A DNA stretch of 63,997 nt, filler included, from Catajapyx aquilonaris (lineage: Eukaryota), in NCBI GenBank assembly GCA_000934665.2. It is 3 parts of 3 records of this genome, joined end to end, with 100 filler letters (N's around TTAATTAATTAA, not from the genome) between each part and the next. Parts side by side here need not be neighbours in the genome. Positions count along the whole stretch, not along the records: positions 1 to 21,293 come from JYFJ02006092.1; 2 more parts are not named here. One strand, written 5' to 3'. Below the pieces are notes generated by a model. The model did not search any database. It saw nothing but the letters and a program-made list of their open reading frames with translations, and was not told the origin of the DNA. This document shows, piece by piece, positions 1 to 14,189 of this stretch (position 1 is its first letter; every line of letters begins with the position of its first letter). The translations under genes and the position numbers were made by a program.

Positions 1-175
1 GGGTCGTCCGCGTCACTCACTCGATTTGTAAACAGTGGCAACAATGGAAGCGCTCTCCATGGGCCGATGTTTGAATTGGCCCACCGGACGGGGTTGCCAG
101 GTAACGGGCTACAATATAAGCAGCTTAGGCTGAATTTGTCAATAACTAAAACGACAAAAAAGTTTGATCACCCTG
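1..175. mobile_element. Right end of a Tc1/mariner-type MITE (truncated by window start)
   Basis: Ends ...GATCACCCTG|TA, the same CAGGGTG/CACCCTG + TA terminus as several complete elements in this window. Confidence 0.5.
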
Positions 176-220
176 TATACCTACGCTCATTCTTATATCA
201 TATCCAAATATATACAAGCC

Positions 221-484
221 AGGGCGACACGGTGGCCGAGTGGTTAGCGCCGCAGCCTTCCACCTCTAAGGTCCCGAGTTCGATCCCCGGGTCGGACGGA
301 GGATACTTATGTGGATAGAGTTTCGATGGGTTCTCTCCGTGTTCGCCGTGTGGGTTTTCTCGGGGTTCTCCCGTTTCCTCCCACTATCAAAATCCGTCAC
401 ATTGCAGGCAAATGATTAAAGTCGGTTATTCAAAAGATGATCCCCTAAGAGGCCCAAGGGGCCTATCACGGGGTATCCATTATT
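221..484 (+). mobile_element. tRNA-derived SINE with V-domain-like body
   Basis: A box TGGCCGAGTGG and B box GAGTTCGATCC; body GTGTGGGTTTTCTCGGGGTTCTCCCGTTTCCTCCCAC; short (ATT)n tail; TSD AAATATATACAA(G/A)CC at 206-220 and 485-499. Confidence 0.85.
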
Positions 485-3400
485 AAATATATACAAACCT
501 CATCATAATAATAATTAATTATTATGTTAAACTTATATGTTTGTTATTGAATTGAATATATGTATTTTTAAAGCGATAATGTTTACTCCTTCCATTGGAG
601 GCGCCCTTGTCACTCCATGACTCTCTTGCAAAGACGCCCAGGTGTATGATGAACTGCTGATTTGCCGACATCTTTTCCCGTCATTCTGTATACACCACCC
701 GAGAAAACTTTGAAGCATTTTGCTAGAAGGCCACCTTGAGCAGAAGCTGTTCAGAACTCGGGCTCTCACTCCAAGTTTTTTTTGTGTCAAGTTGTCGTCT
801 GCTTTTTACGTCTTCTGCTTGCTCGGGGAAACGGCAGACAACACTTTCCCAGGGGCCAACTACAAGGAGGGGGGAAGACGAGGGGTGAAACGTTGGGAGG
901 AGAAAATATAGACCTAGGGAACCAGGGGGGAGAACGAAGCCATATTACGTGCATGCGAGACTGGACGAAAGAAACGTGATTTACACGATTTTATACGTGG
1001 TCGATCCAATGCGATTAGGGGTTGGAAGGCGAATCGGTGGGAGGGGCGTAATAACTGGACTGACTGCGGAGAAACAATTACTCGTTTTCCAGTGTTTGTC
1101 TTTCCGGAGCCTTTGGATTTGCTCCTGGCCGCTCATTGCTCTCGACTTCTAGGGTAAACAAAATTGTACGTAGGTTCCAGTTTTAGATATCCTCACAAGT
1201 GTTTCAATCTCAGGGTTTATATACCTCGGGGCAAACATCAGACGACTCGATCGCTTATTCATGCGCAGCCTGCACAGCGTTAGGTAAGTTACTTCAAGAG
1301 TTGAGACTTACTGTTGATTTTTGGAGCTTTGTTTATGTCATGTATTTGCTGCAGGCTCGGAACGTCTCTGAAGATAAATGTGGTGACATGTTGTGAATAA
1401 TGAAGGGATACGTTATCGGGTATTTACAATGAGTTCATTGAAATATTTTTCTCAATTGGCAAAAGCTGCTTATTATGAAACAGTTACTTTCAGATGTTAT
1501 TGAGAATTTTCTAATATTACGTTTAGTAGAAAAATTAATTCGACTCCTAAATTGCATTAAATTTTCGAGCTTCATGCACTACTATAGTGACCCAAAGGAC
1601 AGTTTATTGGCATTTGAGGTCAATATATGAGCTTTTTGCAGATTAGTTCCTTCATGGTGCTTGGAAAGATCTGTAAATTCTAATATGTTAGCATCAAATA
1701 TTATTGAAGTACAGCTGTTAAAATGTTAGTGACAGATTGATGATAACGATGATTACTACAGTGTAGGCCTATGCAGGTATTGCAGTTTATATGACGCTAT
1801 ACATAATATTAGGAAATATTATTCATGCCGATGATACTTTATTCAATGCAGCCCTAACTATACCATGTCTATAGTCAGTGAAGGATTTTTTTCACTCATT
1901 GTCAGTAATAATACAGTGATGTTAAACTTCGACACACCTCATATAAAAATTATCTATTCTACTGCTCTACAGAAGACGTATACTGTAGCCTATGCGCAGG
2001 AACCGGGAAAAGAGGAGAAGTCTCTAAAAATAGAAAACAATAATTTACAAAAGGAATACATTTCAGTGAGAGGAACTTGAACAAAAGAAAATTGGAGTCC
2101 CTATTTACTGACTTGAGATGTGGATAAGATACCGGTACTGTACGATTTTGTTTTCTAAAACTACGTATAGTAAATGACGCAATGATAGTTAAATGGGCTA
2201 GAATATGTTTACCTGATGTTGTTTTGTTTCTTAATTTAATGATTCCAATAAGTTTGCCGGAAAACATGCATGCATGAAGTATTTTGCTTTAGGGAATATT
2301 TTAAATACATGAAACATTTTATGCTGAGTAAATATTGTTGATGAGTAATGTGATTTCAGCTCATACCATGGCTGAAAAGTCATTGTGTTTATGTATAAAC
2401 ATCCTGATGGGAAGTTATGTCAGCGAGAAAAATACGCTAACTAATGAAAACAAGCTCTGCATAATTAACAGTAATGTTGATCTAAAAGCAGCATATGTGA
2501 ATAAGGTCAACAGTAACAGAAGTAAGACAAAAACCTATTCAGCATTGTGCAGAAAAATTCTAAGGCGCCATCGCTAACGATCAACTGCCAAAATTTCAGT
2601 ACACCGCATTAAATCCTCAACACTACAATAAATGAGCAGAACAGGCTAGGGAAACTCACGTAAATCACTTATGCGCCATTGGGTGTGCGTGTTCCATAAC
2701 TTCCATGATAAGAAAGAGACACGGTGAAGCAGAGAAGTGCATTTTGCTCTATGCGGCATAAGCTCCAGCTGAGACAGCCATGTTCAAAACAGTTTAATAA
2801 CTACTTACATTTTCTGTAAGTAAAAAATAAATTTAGCATTACAATTAAACACTCATTTTGAAGGGGAAAAGTACCGGTACTGTTTGCGAGGACAAAAAAA
2901 GCCATATTTGAAAGGAGTGCAGGCATGCTTCCCGTGACCTGCACAGTAGCCTACTTGACTGACCAAGATTTCTGTGCGGGTATGCGGTTGGGTAAGCAGG
3001 TGGTAATGAAATATAAGCGGTGGTGAAGCCATCTTAAGACTTCTCCGGTTAAAGCTGAGCTGGATCTTCGATTTTCACTATAATATACAATAGCAGCCAA
3101 GGCATCTAATATCAGGAAACTTACTGGGCCGGGACAATGAGAATGAAATTTAGATGAAAATTTGTTGCACAATGACTGGCACGCACCAGTGACGAGAGTT
3201 GGTGATGTAACATTATTACTGGCGTATGAATTAATATTATTACTGTAGCGAATTGGCGCAAATTGCCTATTTTGCAAACAGAATATTACTAGTGAATATT
3301 GCAACTAGTTCACCGGTATTTCTGTATTGTTCCTGAGTTTCCGTGACTTTCCTGTGATGATATTCCAGTTAACGATGAGGTCGGGCGGATGGAGGTTGTG

Positions 3401-4213
3401 GGAAATAGGGAGGGTTCGTTTCCCTCGAGAGCTGTGACTTCGTCGCTCGCCGTGCGCGGTTTAGAGGCAATGAGCACCTCTACCCTATACCTGAGCCACC
3501 TGGAGGAAAGCTAATGTGATGGTGGATATCATCTAAATTGCTTTTGTCGTCGCAAGTACCTCCACCTGTTGACTGCAGGGAAAATTCTTCAGTTCTACAG
3601 TACATCGTTTTCAGACTTCAGTAGCAGCGATGAGGAGATCGCCACATGTACAAAAATTCCACATATCAGTTATTGGATCTTGGTTGATAATAATCTATAA
3701 TTCCGATGAGAGTGGAGCAGACAATGGAGGTAAAGGCAGACTTCCCGGTAAATTATGCTGTTGTTTTCACGTGGCTAAAAATAACGATAAAGTACACAAT
3801 TTCAAAAATCCATTTGAAAATGATTTCTTCACATATGTCGTTTTGATTTATGTCAACAGTTAATAAAGCAACGGAACTCCAACATACTGTTTGACCAGAA
3901 GTGGAAGGATTTTGTGCGAGTGTGAAACATACCTCCAACCATACATAAACCGCCACCCCATTCTCTCTGAGAAACCCTATGATTATCTCTCCTTCTCCCC
4001 CACCCAATATGAGAATCGACTCGCATGGAGAAGACAGTGGTCTCAAAGTTAGGTCCGCGGTCTACTAGCCACATACGCCACAGCATATCTGAACCTAGAG
4101 CCCAGACACAATAACGTATAGCGAATTCTTTCAGTACATAATAAGAATCTGGTCAACAACGTAGGCTGGGTCAGAATGAGAAATTTTCCGCATGGGTATA
4201 TTAGGCATACTGC

Positions 4214-4316
4214 AGAGTTTAAATGAATGGTCTCTTTGACCACATGGGTCTTTCTCGGAATTCTCCCAGCTCTTTTCCCACTTTAAAATCTGTCAGTAGC
4301 AGTGAAGTGATTAAGT
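4214..4316 (+). mobile_element. Degenerate fragment of the 221-484 SINE body
   Basis: ATGGGTCTTTCTCGGAATTCTCCCAGCTCTTTTCCCACTTTAAAATCTGTCA...GATTAAGT aligns by eye to 349-423. Confidence 0.6.
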
Positions 4317-7300
4317 ACAGGATCAGGGACTAATTGCAATTAAATGGGATTCTAGTACAGAATCATACGACTATACGACTTTCAAGTATGGCGGAGGACA
4401 TCCGACTCCTGTTCTGAGGCAGGCTTTTTATTTTGATGGTACAAATCCCATTGCCAATGGTACTCCTTGAAATTAATATTAATATCTAGAGAATTAAATG
4501 TAACATTTTAAAACTAATTTATCCATATGAGTACAATTGGATGAGCGTTTCAAGTGTTTTTTAAAACGATTACTATGATTAGGCCCTCAATGGATGATCT
4601 GAAATGGCATCTCCCACGTATTTTATAAATAGTGTCCGCTTTTGTGACATTTTGCCTCTAAACTGCACACTTTTAATAGTATTTTAAGTTGTTATAAAAG
4701 TATTAGTTCACCTGCCAGTACGTTATGTTGTGTGGACCCATATTTTTTAACGATAGAAAACGTGGTCAGACACACAGCAATGGATTCAGTCATTGATGTT
4801 CATCGCAAATTGTTGCAATGGTCCATTCCTAATTAGAATGTCAATACAATTCAGTGCTTGGATATACCATTCAATTCAGAATAATATTAGCAGCTAACAC
4901 TTTGTATAACCACGGTTAGTAAATATTCAAATTTACTGCTTAAAAATAAGCATATTAGTGCTAAAAATCACTAAATAAAACGGACATTTCAATTGGAACA
5001 CCCTGTGTAGCAGAGGCATGACTCCAGCACATTATCGATATTTCAAGCAAGCGAGGCTCTGAATGGGCGTATAAAGTGGGGTGCAGCAATTGCTTCCCAT
5101 AATATGTTTAAGATCTCTAATTTAAGGCAACTTTATAGGACTCGTGCATCTGACAATATTCCACTCTTTATTTCCTTTTAGTATTACTATTATTCTTGCA
5201 AATTATTGCTTTGGATGCATGCCTGTGATAAAGCTCATAATTAAGACGCCCTTGAACTAAAACACTTTCTGGCATGTATCAGAGAAATTAAGCAATATTC
5301 CAAAAGTCGACCCTTGTCTTTTGGCCGTAAAGTGTGGAACAGTGATTCACAATGTAAAATATATTGACTCTAATTGAATGTCAAAAGTGCTAATGAAAAT
5401 GGCTGTAAAAGCGGGCGGTTTAACAGTTTCTCTAAACTGCGGCACTATTATGAATTCCATACCCAAAATAATTGCCAAACGAACGTAAATCTAGTTATGC
5501 ACACAAGCCTCGTTAATGAAACACAACCACGGTCACTTGCTACGTAGCATTCTCTGTTTGATCTTATCAAGGGTTGTGGGCGAGTCGGGTGCACAGGCTA
5601 GCTGATGGATACACTGTGTTGTGGCAGTATTTCACAATGATTACAGCGATTAACCTCTACCGATCCATGTTATTGTTCGGAATAGAGAAACACGAGTTTA
5701 TGAACCAGTGTCTCATGTAATTGCGCATAGACCTTTGCTGATTATTTTGCACATTAACCATTATGAACAAACATATTTTTTTTGCAAAGCTGGCTATTTT
5801 TATCATTTTCCTATAGGGTATGTGTAGGCCTACTGTGGAAAAACACTTGTTCAGGTATTGCGCACTGAAATATTTGACATAATTTTCGTATGTAATCCTA
5901 AATAAACACCGGTGTTACTATGCTTCGAATAACGCCCAGTGTGAGATATGATAAACATGGAAACACTTGCGGCTCATGACCCACTGGGGTGGGGGGGGGG
6001 GGGGGGGGGGGNCAGAAGGCGGACAAACGAGCTGTCTCCTGCAGCTGACACGAAACTTCGGCATAGGCATCGGTTTTTGCGGAGAATTTGGTTAAACGGA
6101 TCGGATGGTGGGGCAAAAGCGCGCTAACGGAAAAAGGTGCCAGTTTTTTTTTTTCTCTTAGAGATAACTGCATACAAAGCCGGCATTATGTAATATTACA
6201 TTATTGTATGGGGGGAAAAAAAAGTGTTGGGAGTTCGAGGTGTGGCAACAGCGGGATGTGTTGATATCACCCGATTTGTTGGAAAAGGCTGAGGGTGCTT
6301 TATTGCTGTCATACCTTCGGGTCATGACACGTCTATTCAATCAAAAATCGAATATTTTGTGGCTAGAGCACTATTGAGTTTATGTTTTAAAACTATTTAT
6401 GCGGACCCTAATACAAGATCCAATGTGATCGTTCTACAATAATACCAAGCGAATAATGATGTTACCCTGTCAAAGTTTATTTTGTTAAGATATTTATGAA
6501 AATAAACGAATATATAGTGCTTATACGCTGCTGTTACACCAGTTGATAAACGAATATACATAATAAGTTATTTAAATACAAGATTCTTTAAGTATTCAGT
6601 AATTGGAGCAAGTATGCTGTACTGACTTTAAGACATGGGTGGTGATTAGACATAGGGTGATTCGCAGCCAAAGTCCCTGTTCAAGAGTGAAGAAGGCGTA
6701 TTGATTCTTTTAAAGAAAAGCAGCAATAAAACCCAATGAATGTGGTTCTGCAGTAACATAGATCGTGTTGTTTCTCTTTAATCCTCAGTTTCTCAACAAT
6801 CCCAAACTTCTTCCCCGTACGTCTCTCTTAAACCCCGTACTTCGGCAGTGCACTGAACTGTAAATGACTTGTTAAAAGCGCAATAAACACCAGGTGGCAA
6901 CAGTCGACTCTAGAACTCTGCCATCCCTGACTGGCCGAGCACCCACGTTCAGCACATTCCCCCAATGTTGCCACCTTGTCCACCAGGAAGAGTCGCTGCA
7001 TGACACGCGTGACACCCTGATGGGATGTAATGGCCGGGAAAGTATATGGAAAGGAAACATTACCAGAGGCGAATGTTGAAGCCGTCATTTTGACGCCCTG
7101 GCCCTAATCCGTTTGCGGGCTCCTCGGAAGAACGCTCAGGCTGCAATTTAATTTCCCTCCAGAGAAGTTAATAAGAGGAAGCTGCAACGCCAGCTCTCCC
7201 TTGACGGATGCGCATCAGAAATAAATTGCGCGAGTCTTCTACACCTAATTGCTTTAAGCTGAGGTCCAGAGAGAAGTTTCCAACAGTTGTGAACAACCTT

Positions 7301-9103
7301 AACCCTCACGCCCCCCAGTATGGCGAGAATCAAGGGGATGGAAGAGGAACCAGCAAAATCCACGCTCTCTCCAGAATCTGTGTTGCAAGTGAAGTGTTTG
7401 ATTGCCAGTTTTAACCGCTTCTCTGTAAGCTAATCGTATTCATTAAAAGGGGATCCGGTGGTAATTCGCTGGCTCACAGGGAAAGCACTTTCCTTCCTTT
7501 TGCATGGAGGGGTTATAGACTGAACATGTACTAATTAGCAAGTGTATTTGTGCTCGGCGCGATGTAACCGTTTTATCTCCTTTAGGTGAGCGTCAATATC
7601 AACCGCACGTCATGGAATTCTGGCGATGGGCTACACGCCAGGCGCTGATTGGCGGTGTTCTTGTAATTGATTTACTGACAGATGTCGATGTTGATAGCCA
7701 CAGTTTACGTCAGTTTTGACAGCCGAGTCTGAGTTATATGGCAGTTTGTTACAAAAAAAAACTGCAATGTAAGATTGGACTTTGAAAAGTAGAAACGGGC
7801 TCGTAGTGCCATGCCATTGGCCAATTTGCGCAAATAGGGTGGGAAAACCCGGCAGTGTGTAGTGTGTGTTTATGCAGCCAGTAACCATTGAAATGAGGCA
7901 GTGGTTGTCAAGTCCATTGTCACTAAAACAAAATATACGGTAGGCGTGATACCTTGTCGTACAAAGAATAGCCTCACATCTAGTTTCGTTAGCTGGAACA
8001 AAAATGCGAGCTTTGTTGACTTCAAAAGAACAGAATTTAAATGTTCGATAATTTTAAAGCGGAACGTCCTAAATGAAGCTGCCAGTATACACTCGAGTAA
8101 ACCAAGCAAATATTTCACATTGCCTTAGCAAACTAATAGGCCATGTTGGATGACTGACTCAAATCAAAGTCTTGTCCATTAATCTCTTCATCTATCAAAT
8201 GCAGTTGGTATTGACCTAATCACATTGCATGGGTGTATAATTATATGAACCGTACAAAAAATAAAATTGCAAAATGTTGTTAGTGGTCGTAAGCCTCCGG
8301 TCACTCCAAGGCATGAGCGTATGCCCCAAGATATTTCCATGGCAGAATATTGTTGCCTCTAAAAAAATAGCCTTTATTATCACAAGCTCATTTTATTATC
8401 CAGTTTCTGCTACTAATTTCGTGACCGACTCCTGCAGAATTTTTTACAGTAACACAAAAAAAATTATTACAGTATTACGCCATATCAAAAACTTGCAAAC
8501 TTTATATCGTGTGCAGAAAAGGTCAAAACCGACAGGAAACAGTGTCACAAAGTTGAAGTATACCCGCACAAATGTTCCTCGATAAATGATTTCCGACGTC
8601 TTGAAAAGCAAAGTCGGTAGCACTCTCAAGTCAACCCTTTGACAAATACACAGGTTTTTCATCAAAAACAACGTGCTCGGCAATCAAACGCAAGTAAATA
8701 GGCCTTGGCTTGAAGGGAATAGATCTTTGAGTGGGTTGTGCAGCATTAGCCTGACAGGAGCAGCAAAGTGATGGTGCGCCATGAAAATCGAAGAACTTAA
8801 AATAAAAGGCGGATGCAATAGTGAGGGTTGCCGCAACAGCTGAGGAAGGAAGAGCATTATCTGGGCCATAAACTAAACGGTATGGGGTTCCCGGAGGATC
8901 GCGGGGGCCTCCATTCCTACTCCGGGAGATAGTGAGTGAGATCAATGGCCGCGTTGGAAGGAAACTTCTTGTCTGGCACTGCAATTGACTGTGCAATCTC
9001 GTCTTAGTCGTAACTAGGGTACACTGTCCTTCTCCTTTTGCTGGAGACGATTTCCCCAGAAAAGAGGAGAGGGGGAATGAGCAAAAGGATACTTTGGCCA
9101 GTA

Positions 9104-9633
9104 CAGGGTGACCGAAAGTCATATAGAGGGCCGGACATGTTAGATGACTCTACAGATATTTGCAGAATATTGCCCCTTTTGTACTCCCCTCCCCCGCCTA
9201 GAATTTAAAAAAATATATGCAAAAACGAGTATATGCAATAAATAAGTGTAAAATTTATTTGGTGAAAAAGCGGGCGATTATTTACTACAACTAGCAAAAA
9301 ATATTTTGACGTAGGCTACTGGCATATGCCGTGGCAAATAATGAGCCGAAAGTAACTGACATCAGTGGTGAATAGTTTTCTCAATTTTTCAATTCTCTTA
9401 TTCTAAAATTATTGTAGGCCTACTACCCATCAAGCATAGGTAAGCGGTATCTCCGACACTGATCATGCAGATAAAACTGTCATTGAATATAGGTAAACTG
9501 ATGATACGGCGGGATGAAATGCTCCTTACATGCATGCATCCGTAATGAATGGGTGTTGCGGTTTTCCATGGTGAGCTCGGTTGAAAATGCAGCATTTGCT
9601 ATTTTTTGTGATTCTAACTTTTCGTTCACCCTG
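9104..9633. mobile_element. Tc1/mariner-type MITE
   Basis: TA|CAGGGTGACCGAAAGT ... ACTTTTCGTTCACCCTG; no ORF. Confidence 0.65.
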
Positions 9634-10717
9634 TGTAAGGCTCCATCCTATCCTCTAGCGAAATAACCATCCAGAACCATCACGTTTTCGTCCGTGTGTA
9701 TCCTGCAGTAAACATGGCTGTCCAGTGTAATAAACCGAGAGAAAAATGGCCATCTTCATATCTACGTTGTATTGTTTGCTGTACCGGCTGGAAAAAGCAA
9801 TCCAAATAACAGCCACGGTTTCATAGCTTTTTTGTCACCACAGTTATGTGGAAAATTCGTGTAGCATTTCTCATCAGCGAAAGCTTCCAAAAAATAGCCA
9901 TTGTGCACCAAATGACACATGATGTCTGCTTCCAGAGCCCATTCTAATAAGGGGCGGCGTTTTGGATAGCGCTGTTCATTTTTTTGTGCATGAAAGCACT
10001 AATAGACAGCGAATTTATCCTGATGCGCAAAATATTACAGTACATGGTGCGTGTCGTTGTAAGAGTTTAAAATCCCACTGAAAGAAATATCACGTTAATG
10101 GGGATCTGGGTCATGAAATAAAAATGACTGAAATTGTTATTTTATAAAGACAGAAGACCTACAGTAAAAATTCATAATGATTGTTATACACTGGTTACCT
10201 GCGTAACTATGTGACAGCATTAATAGCTTCTACATAACATAGCCTACTATTTCGGCAGCAGTAAGTCAAAGTGCAAGGCTAGCTATAAGGTGATCAAGTA
10301 CTACAGTGTAATCTCACCAAATTCTATGTTATGATACCGGTATGAATATTCAGGACATCTTCCACGCACGTTACAATTATACTGTACACTATTTAACATG
10401 ATTTTCTTGCATGGTTAACTATGCAAATATTTAGATACCGTTGTGTTTAAAAATAGCCTACATATAATTTGGCATTCTGCATTGATGATGATTACAAGAA
10501 TGTGCAGATAACCGAAAAATCAACACTGCCGTTTATATAGGATTTTTGCGGGACATGTCACGAGATATCTGGCACCTATTCGGTTCTGCCCCTGATTGAA
10601 TAAACTTGTATAAGAACATGAGGGAGAAAGCTACTTGCAGAATCTTTACCATCAATATTATCAGCATTTATGTTCTTTTTTCAAAGCAGCACGACAGAGG
10701 GTAGAAGTTCTTGGTAA

Positions 10718-11056
10718 AATTTTTTTCATTGCCCCACTTGGGGAGCTACTTACTCTTTTTTTTTGGGGGGGGGTGGATTACCACCATCGGGATTCGCTGG
10801 AGCGAGTTAAGAGAGATCTTATTAGTTTACTCCAAGGGTAGATGGGAGGGGATGTGCAAAGTGCATGTGCGCTGTCGTTGAGTGGTCATTTTGTGAACTC
10901 CCCCGGGTGGATTAGTCTTTAGGAAATTTCCACCCGAAATGAAGCCAGAGATGGCCCAACTCTGCAGGGATAAAGGTGGGAACCCCGGGTGGGGATTGAA
11001 CCCGGGACCTTCATATCCGTGGGCGTGCGCGTTACCGCGGCGCCACTTCATCTCCC
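10718..11056 (-). mobile_element. tRNA-derived SINE (family B)
   Basis: On the minus strand: GGGAGATGAAGTGGCGCCGCGGTAAC...GGTCCCGGGTTCAATCCC (A/B boxes) and an A-rich tail; perfect 14-bp TSD GAAGTTCTTGGTAA at 10704-10717 and 11057-11070; homologous to 52679-53024. Confidence 0.88.
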
Positions 11057-13139
11057 GAAGTTCTTGGTAATCAATTCATGAATAAGTATTCGTCTTCGTA
11101 TATAGCTCCACACATGGTAACACACGCTGCATATGATAAAGGGTAGTCGTGGCAAGTTTCCAATGTCTTATTTTTCCGCACTGAATTGGATTTTAAATGT
11201 AAGTATAACTGAGGGTTTTAAAAAATAGGAAAAGGTTGATTATTACTCGACCTAAACAACAAAAGCTATAGAAAATGGCCATGCATCATAATATAATAGG
11301 ACATGTCTATTTCTACCTAGAGGGGGCATGCGGGAATAAGCATTGGCTTGGTGGGGGTAGATAGAGTGAGTGTTTTTAATGGAGCCCTGGCCTTTACATG
11401 CTTGCCTGCCCCCAAGTCTGACGTGATGAAGTGCTATTTTACCAGGGATTTTCTCATCCTGGTCGAGCAGTATTGTGCCACAATTAACACACGCAATGTG
11501 GATTACCAAACTGTCACGGTAAAGGGCGCATCGTTATAGGGTTAGGCGATTACTTTACGTAATGAGCTGTATCAAAATGGCTGTGGAGCATTATCTCACC
11601 ATCTCCGTAACTTTGTGTCATGTGCATAACTTCTTCCCTTACTACTCTCTTGACCTGGGTACTTGGTCAGTGCACCACCATTTTAAAGGTATACATACGG
11701 TATAGTTAGTAAAGTTGACTATGCAGCATATACTGACTTGCAGTTTTTCCGACATTCACTAATAATTATTATGCATTTATGTAAAAATTATTTCATAACA
11801 ATCCATGCTCGAGCGTGCAATATCCACACAAGTTTTAAAATAACCGCATAAAGCAGAAGGCCACTTTCAATTTGTAGTGGGGTAATAGCGGAAAGACACA
11901 CTCGATTACGTTCGAATCAAATGTCTAATAAATAATTACAGCACGGGTTACACCAATGCTAATTACATAGTGACGAGCAGGATGGACAGGGTGGGTTGAA
12001 GGGATAAAAGGGGGCAAAAAAAGAATGCACTCGACGCAGGATCGGCCGATCAACAATGCACAATGTTTGCGCAATGGACAAACCAGCGTGGTTACACCAC
12101 GCGTGCGGCAGAGTGACCCGCAGCTAAAATGTCATGGTGTTATTCAGTTATGCCAATGATTCAAGCGCGTTTTGTAGGCCTTCCCTGCCTCCCGAATGAA
12201 TTTGAATATCTCCTGCTTAATAATGGATGAATGGGTATTATTGACTGGTTGTCGAAACCCGTATAAATAGGGGACAGCAGCAGGGTGAATAGTTTTTGAA
12301 GAAAAACTCAACCCATAGTTGCCTCTATATACTGCCAACGTTACTATTTCTTTGATGGAGTGCTAAAAAAAAATATGTATTGTAAATGGGTCCAGCCATT
12401 TGGATATATTGTGTTTCTGGCAACATTGCGGTTCATGCCCGGTAATGAACCCTGCCCGTGAAATATTAATAGCTTATGCAAATTTCAGCTATAAAAGAGA
12501 AATGTAAAATTTTGACTGGTTAATTGGTACGGAATGGACTGTTATTGGATCTGTTTTGGGAGATTATGCTTGCTACAAATTATTTCATTAATTCCCTGCA
12601 TTTGCCATTAAACATTTCCAGTTGAACCTATCTTTATATCGCCGCACATAACTGCTCGATGTACCATTTGAAACGCCTCCTTTTATGCCACACTGGCTAT
12701 GCCTTCAATTCTGGTTAAGAAAATTGAGAGTGACATTTATGCTGGTTGTTAATGCGTGCCTCCAGCATTTTGTGCGGCACTTAACTTGGCAAGTTTATAC
12801 TCCCTGATTCCCTCCCATGTTACAAGTTGGCTAAAGAAAACACGCGACAAGAAGCCCGTCTCTGCGCCACAGTAATATCGATTGGACACTATTCGACACT
12901 GCTCATTTTCCGCTGAGGCAAGCTTTATGATGATAGGATTGTGAGAAAGACCGAAATGTTATCCTGGCGAGGTTTCCCACCAACGTAGTGTATATTTTTC
13001 CCCCATGTCCCCATTCCCTCTCTAAGGCTTGTTAGAGCTAATTTGGTTGAGTCCAGAGTCTTGCCAGCCTGCCTAATAATACTTTACGAGCCTCGTTTGG
13101 TCCGGATTTCTATGGTATAAGAGATCCAGATGAAAGGAG

Positions 13140-13191
13140 GGGGAGAGAGTTAGAGAGAGAGCGAGAGAGAAAGAGAGAGAGAGAGAGAGAG
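13140..13191. repeat. Imperfect (GA)n microsatellite
   Basis: Direct inspection. Confidence 0.9.
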
Positions 13192-14089
13192 GTGAGGGAG
13201 AAACTATCCTGCGCGTTTCATCAAGATGGAATAATAAAGCACACGAAATGGGGGTGGAGGAAAGCCGGGCAGCCAGACCCTTTAGGAAAAAGACGCATCC
13301 TCCAGGTGGCGTCATTGGGCTTCAGGGACATTGCTCCAGTACGGTGTAATGCAAGCGGGATGAAGCCCAGGGAAGCAGGGACAGTGTTGGCATTATAATA
13401 TTCTTCCGTATACATTGCGCCATCTGTCAAAATTGGATGGCCATGCTAGAGGTGATCCTGGGATTCCACACCCTTGTGTTATCATTACGGCTTTTAGACT
13501 ACCGGTACTACTGTGCTTGTTAAGTGTTCTTTGTTGCCAAGAGCCTTTATGTCGTAACCGTAGTTATGTAGTAACAACTCGACACTGATACATGGAACAG
13601 TATAGTTAACCAGTAATGGCGACAGTATATTAATCTATATTTCAGTTATTCGTTTGTGGGTGGGTGTGTTGACTGTGTTCGCTATAGAAATCCCGGGGAA
13701 TCCCCCTATGCCGCCTTAAACTAGTTTGAGGCGTGATACGAATAAGACACATGGAAGTTATAATATTATTACGTACTGCTTACTGGAATAAACGAATATA
13801 ATTCATTTCCTAGTTGAGGATATTGGAGACATACGTCATTACCCCTAAAATCAGGTAATAATTGGGAAAATGGTGGGTTGATCAACTCATTTATTATTGT
13901 TAAAACGTGCATGCACTTAACATGGTTTGCGTCTAAAGCCAAAATTAGAGCGGCCCAGAAGAAAATCCCACTGAGATAGCCTCTATTGGAAACAATATTG
14001 TGAAAGCTTGTGATCTCTAATTATGGGCCAAAAATAGGCTCATACCCATAATTGGCAATATCTACTGCGGCATGTATTGTAAATTTGTA

Positions 14090-14189
14090 CTATATCGCCC
14101 AAAAAGATAGAGACGATTTTGCATTTGACTCAAGTGCAACTTGCACTTGAATCAAATGCCAATCGTCTCTATCTTTTTGAGCGATATAG
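14090..14189. mobile_element. 100-bp palindromic MITE, TA-flanked
   Basis: GTA|CTATATCGCCCAAAAAGATAGAGACGATT...AATCGTCTCTATCTTTTTGAGCGATATAG|TAC; near-perfect hairpin over the whole length. Confidence 0.75.

Noticed and set aside
221..295. tRNA genes at 221, 11056, 50723 and 53024
   Set aside because: A/B boxes are present, but each continues into a SINE body and tail with a TSD; no clean cloverleaf or T-run terminator.
3579..3729. Open AG...GT block ending SDESGADNG, considered as an upstream HIP exon
   Set aside because: The rest of the peptide is unlike the HIP acidic linker and the splice signals are mediocre.
5985..6013. Poly-G tract with N giving a poly-Pro ORF
   Set aside because: Homopolymer with low-quality sequence; not coding.
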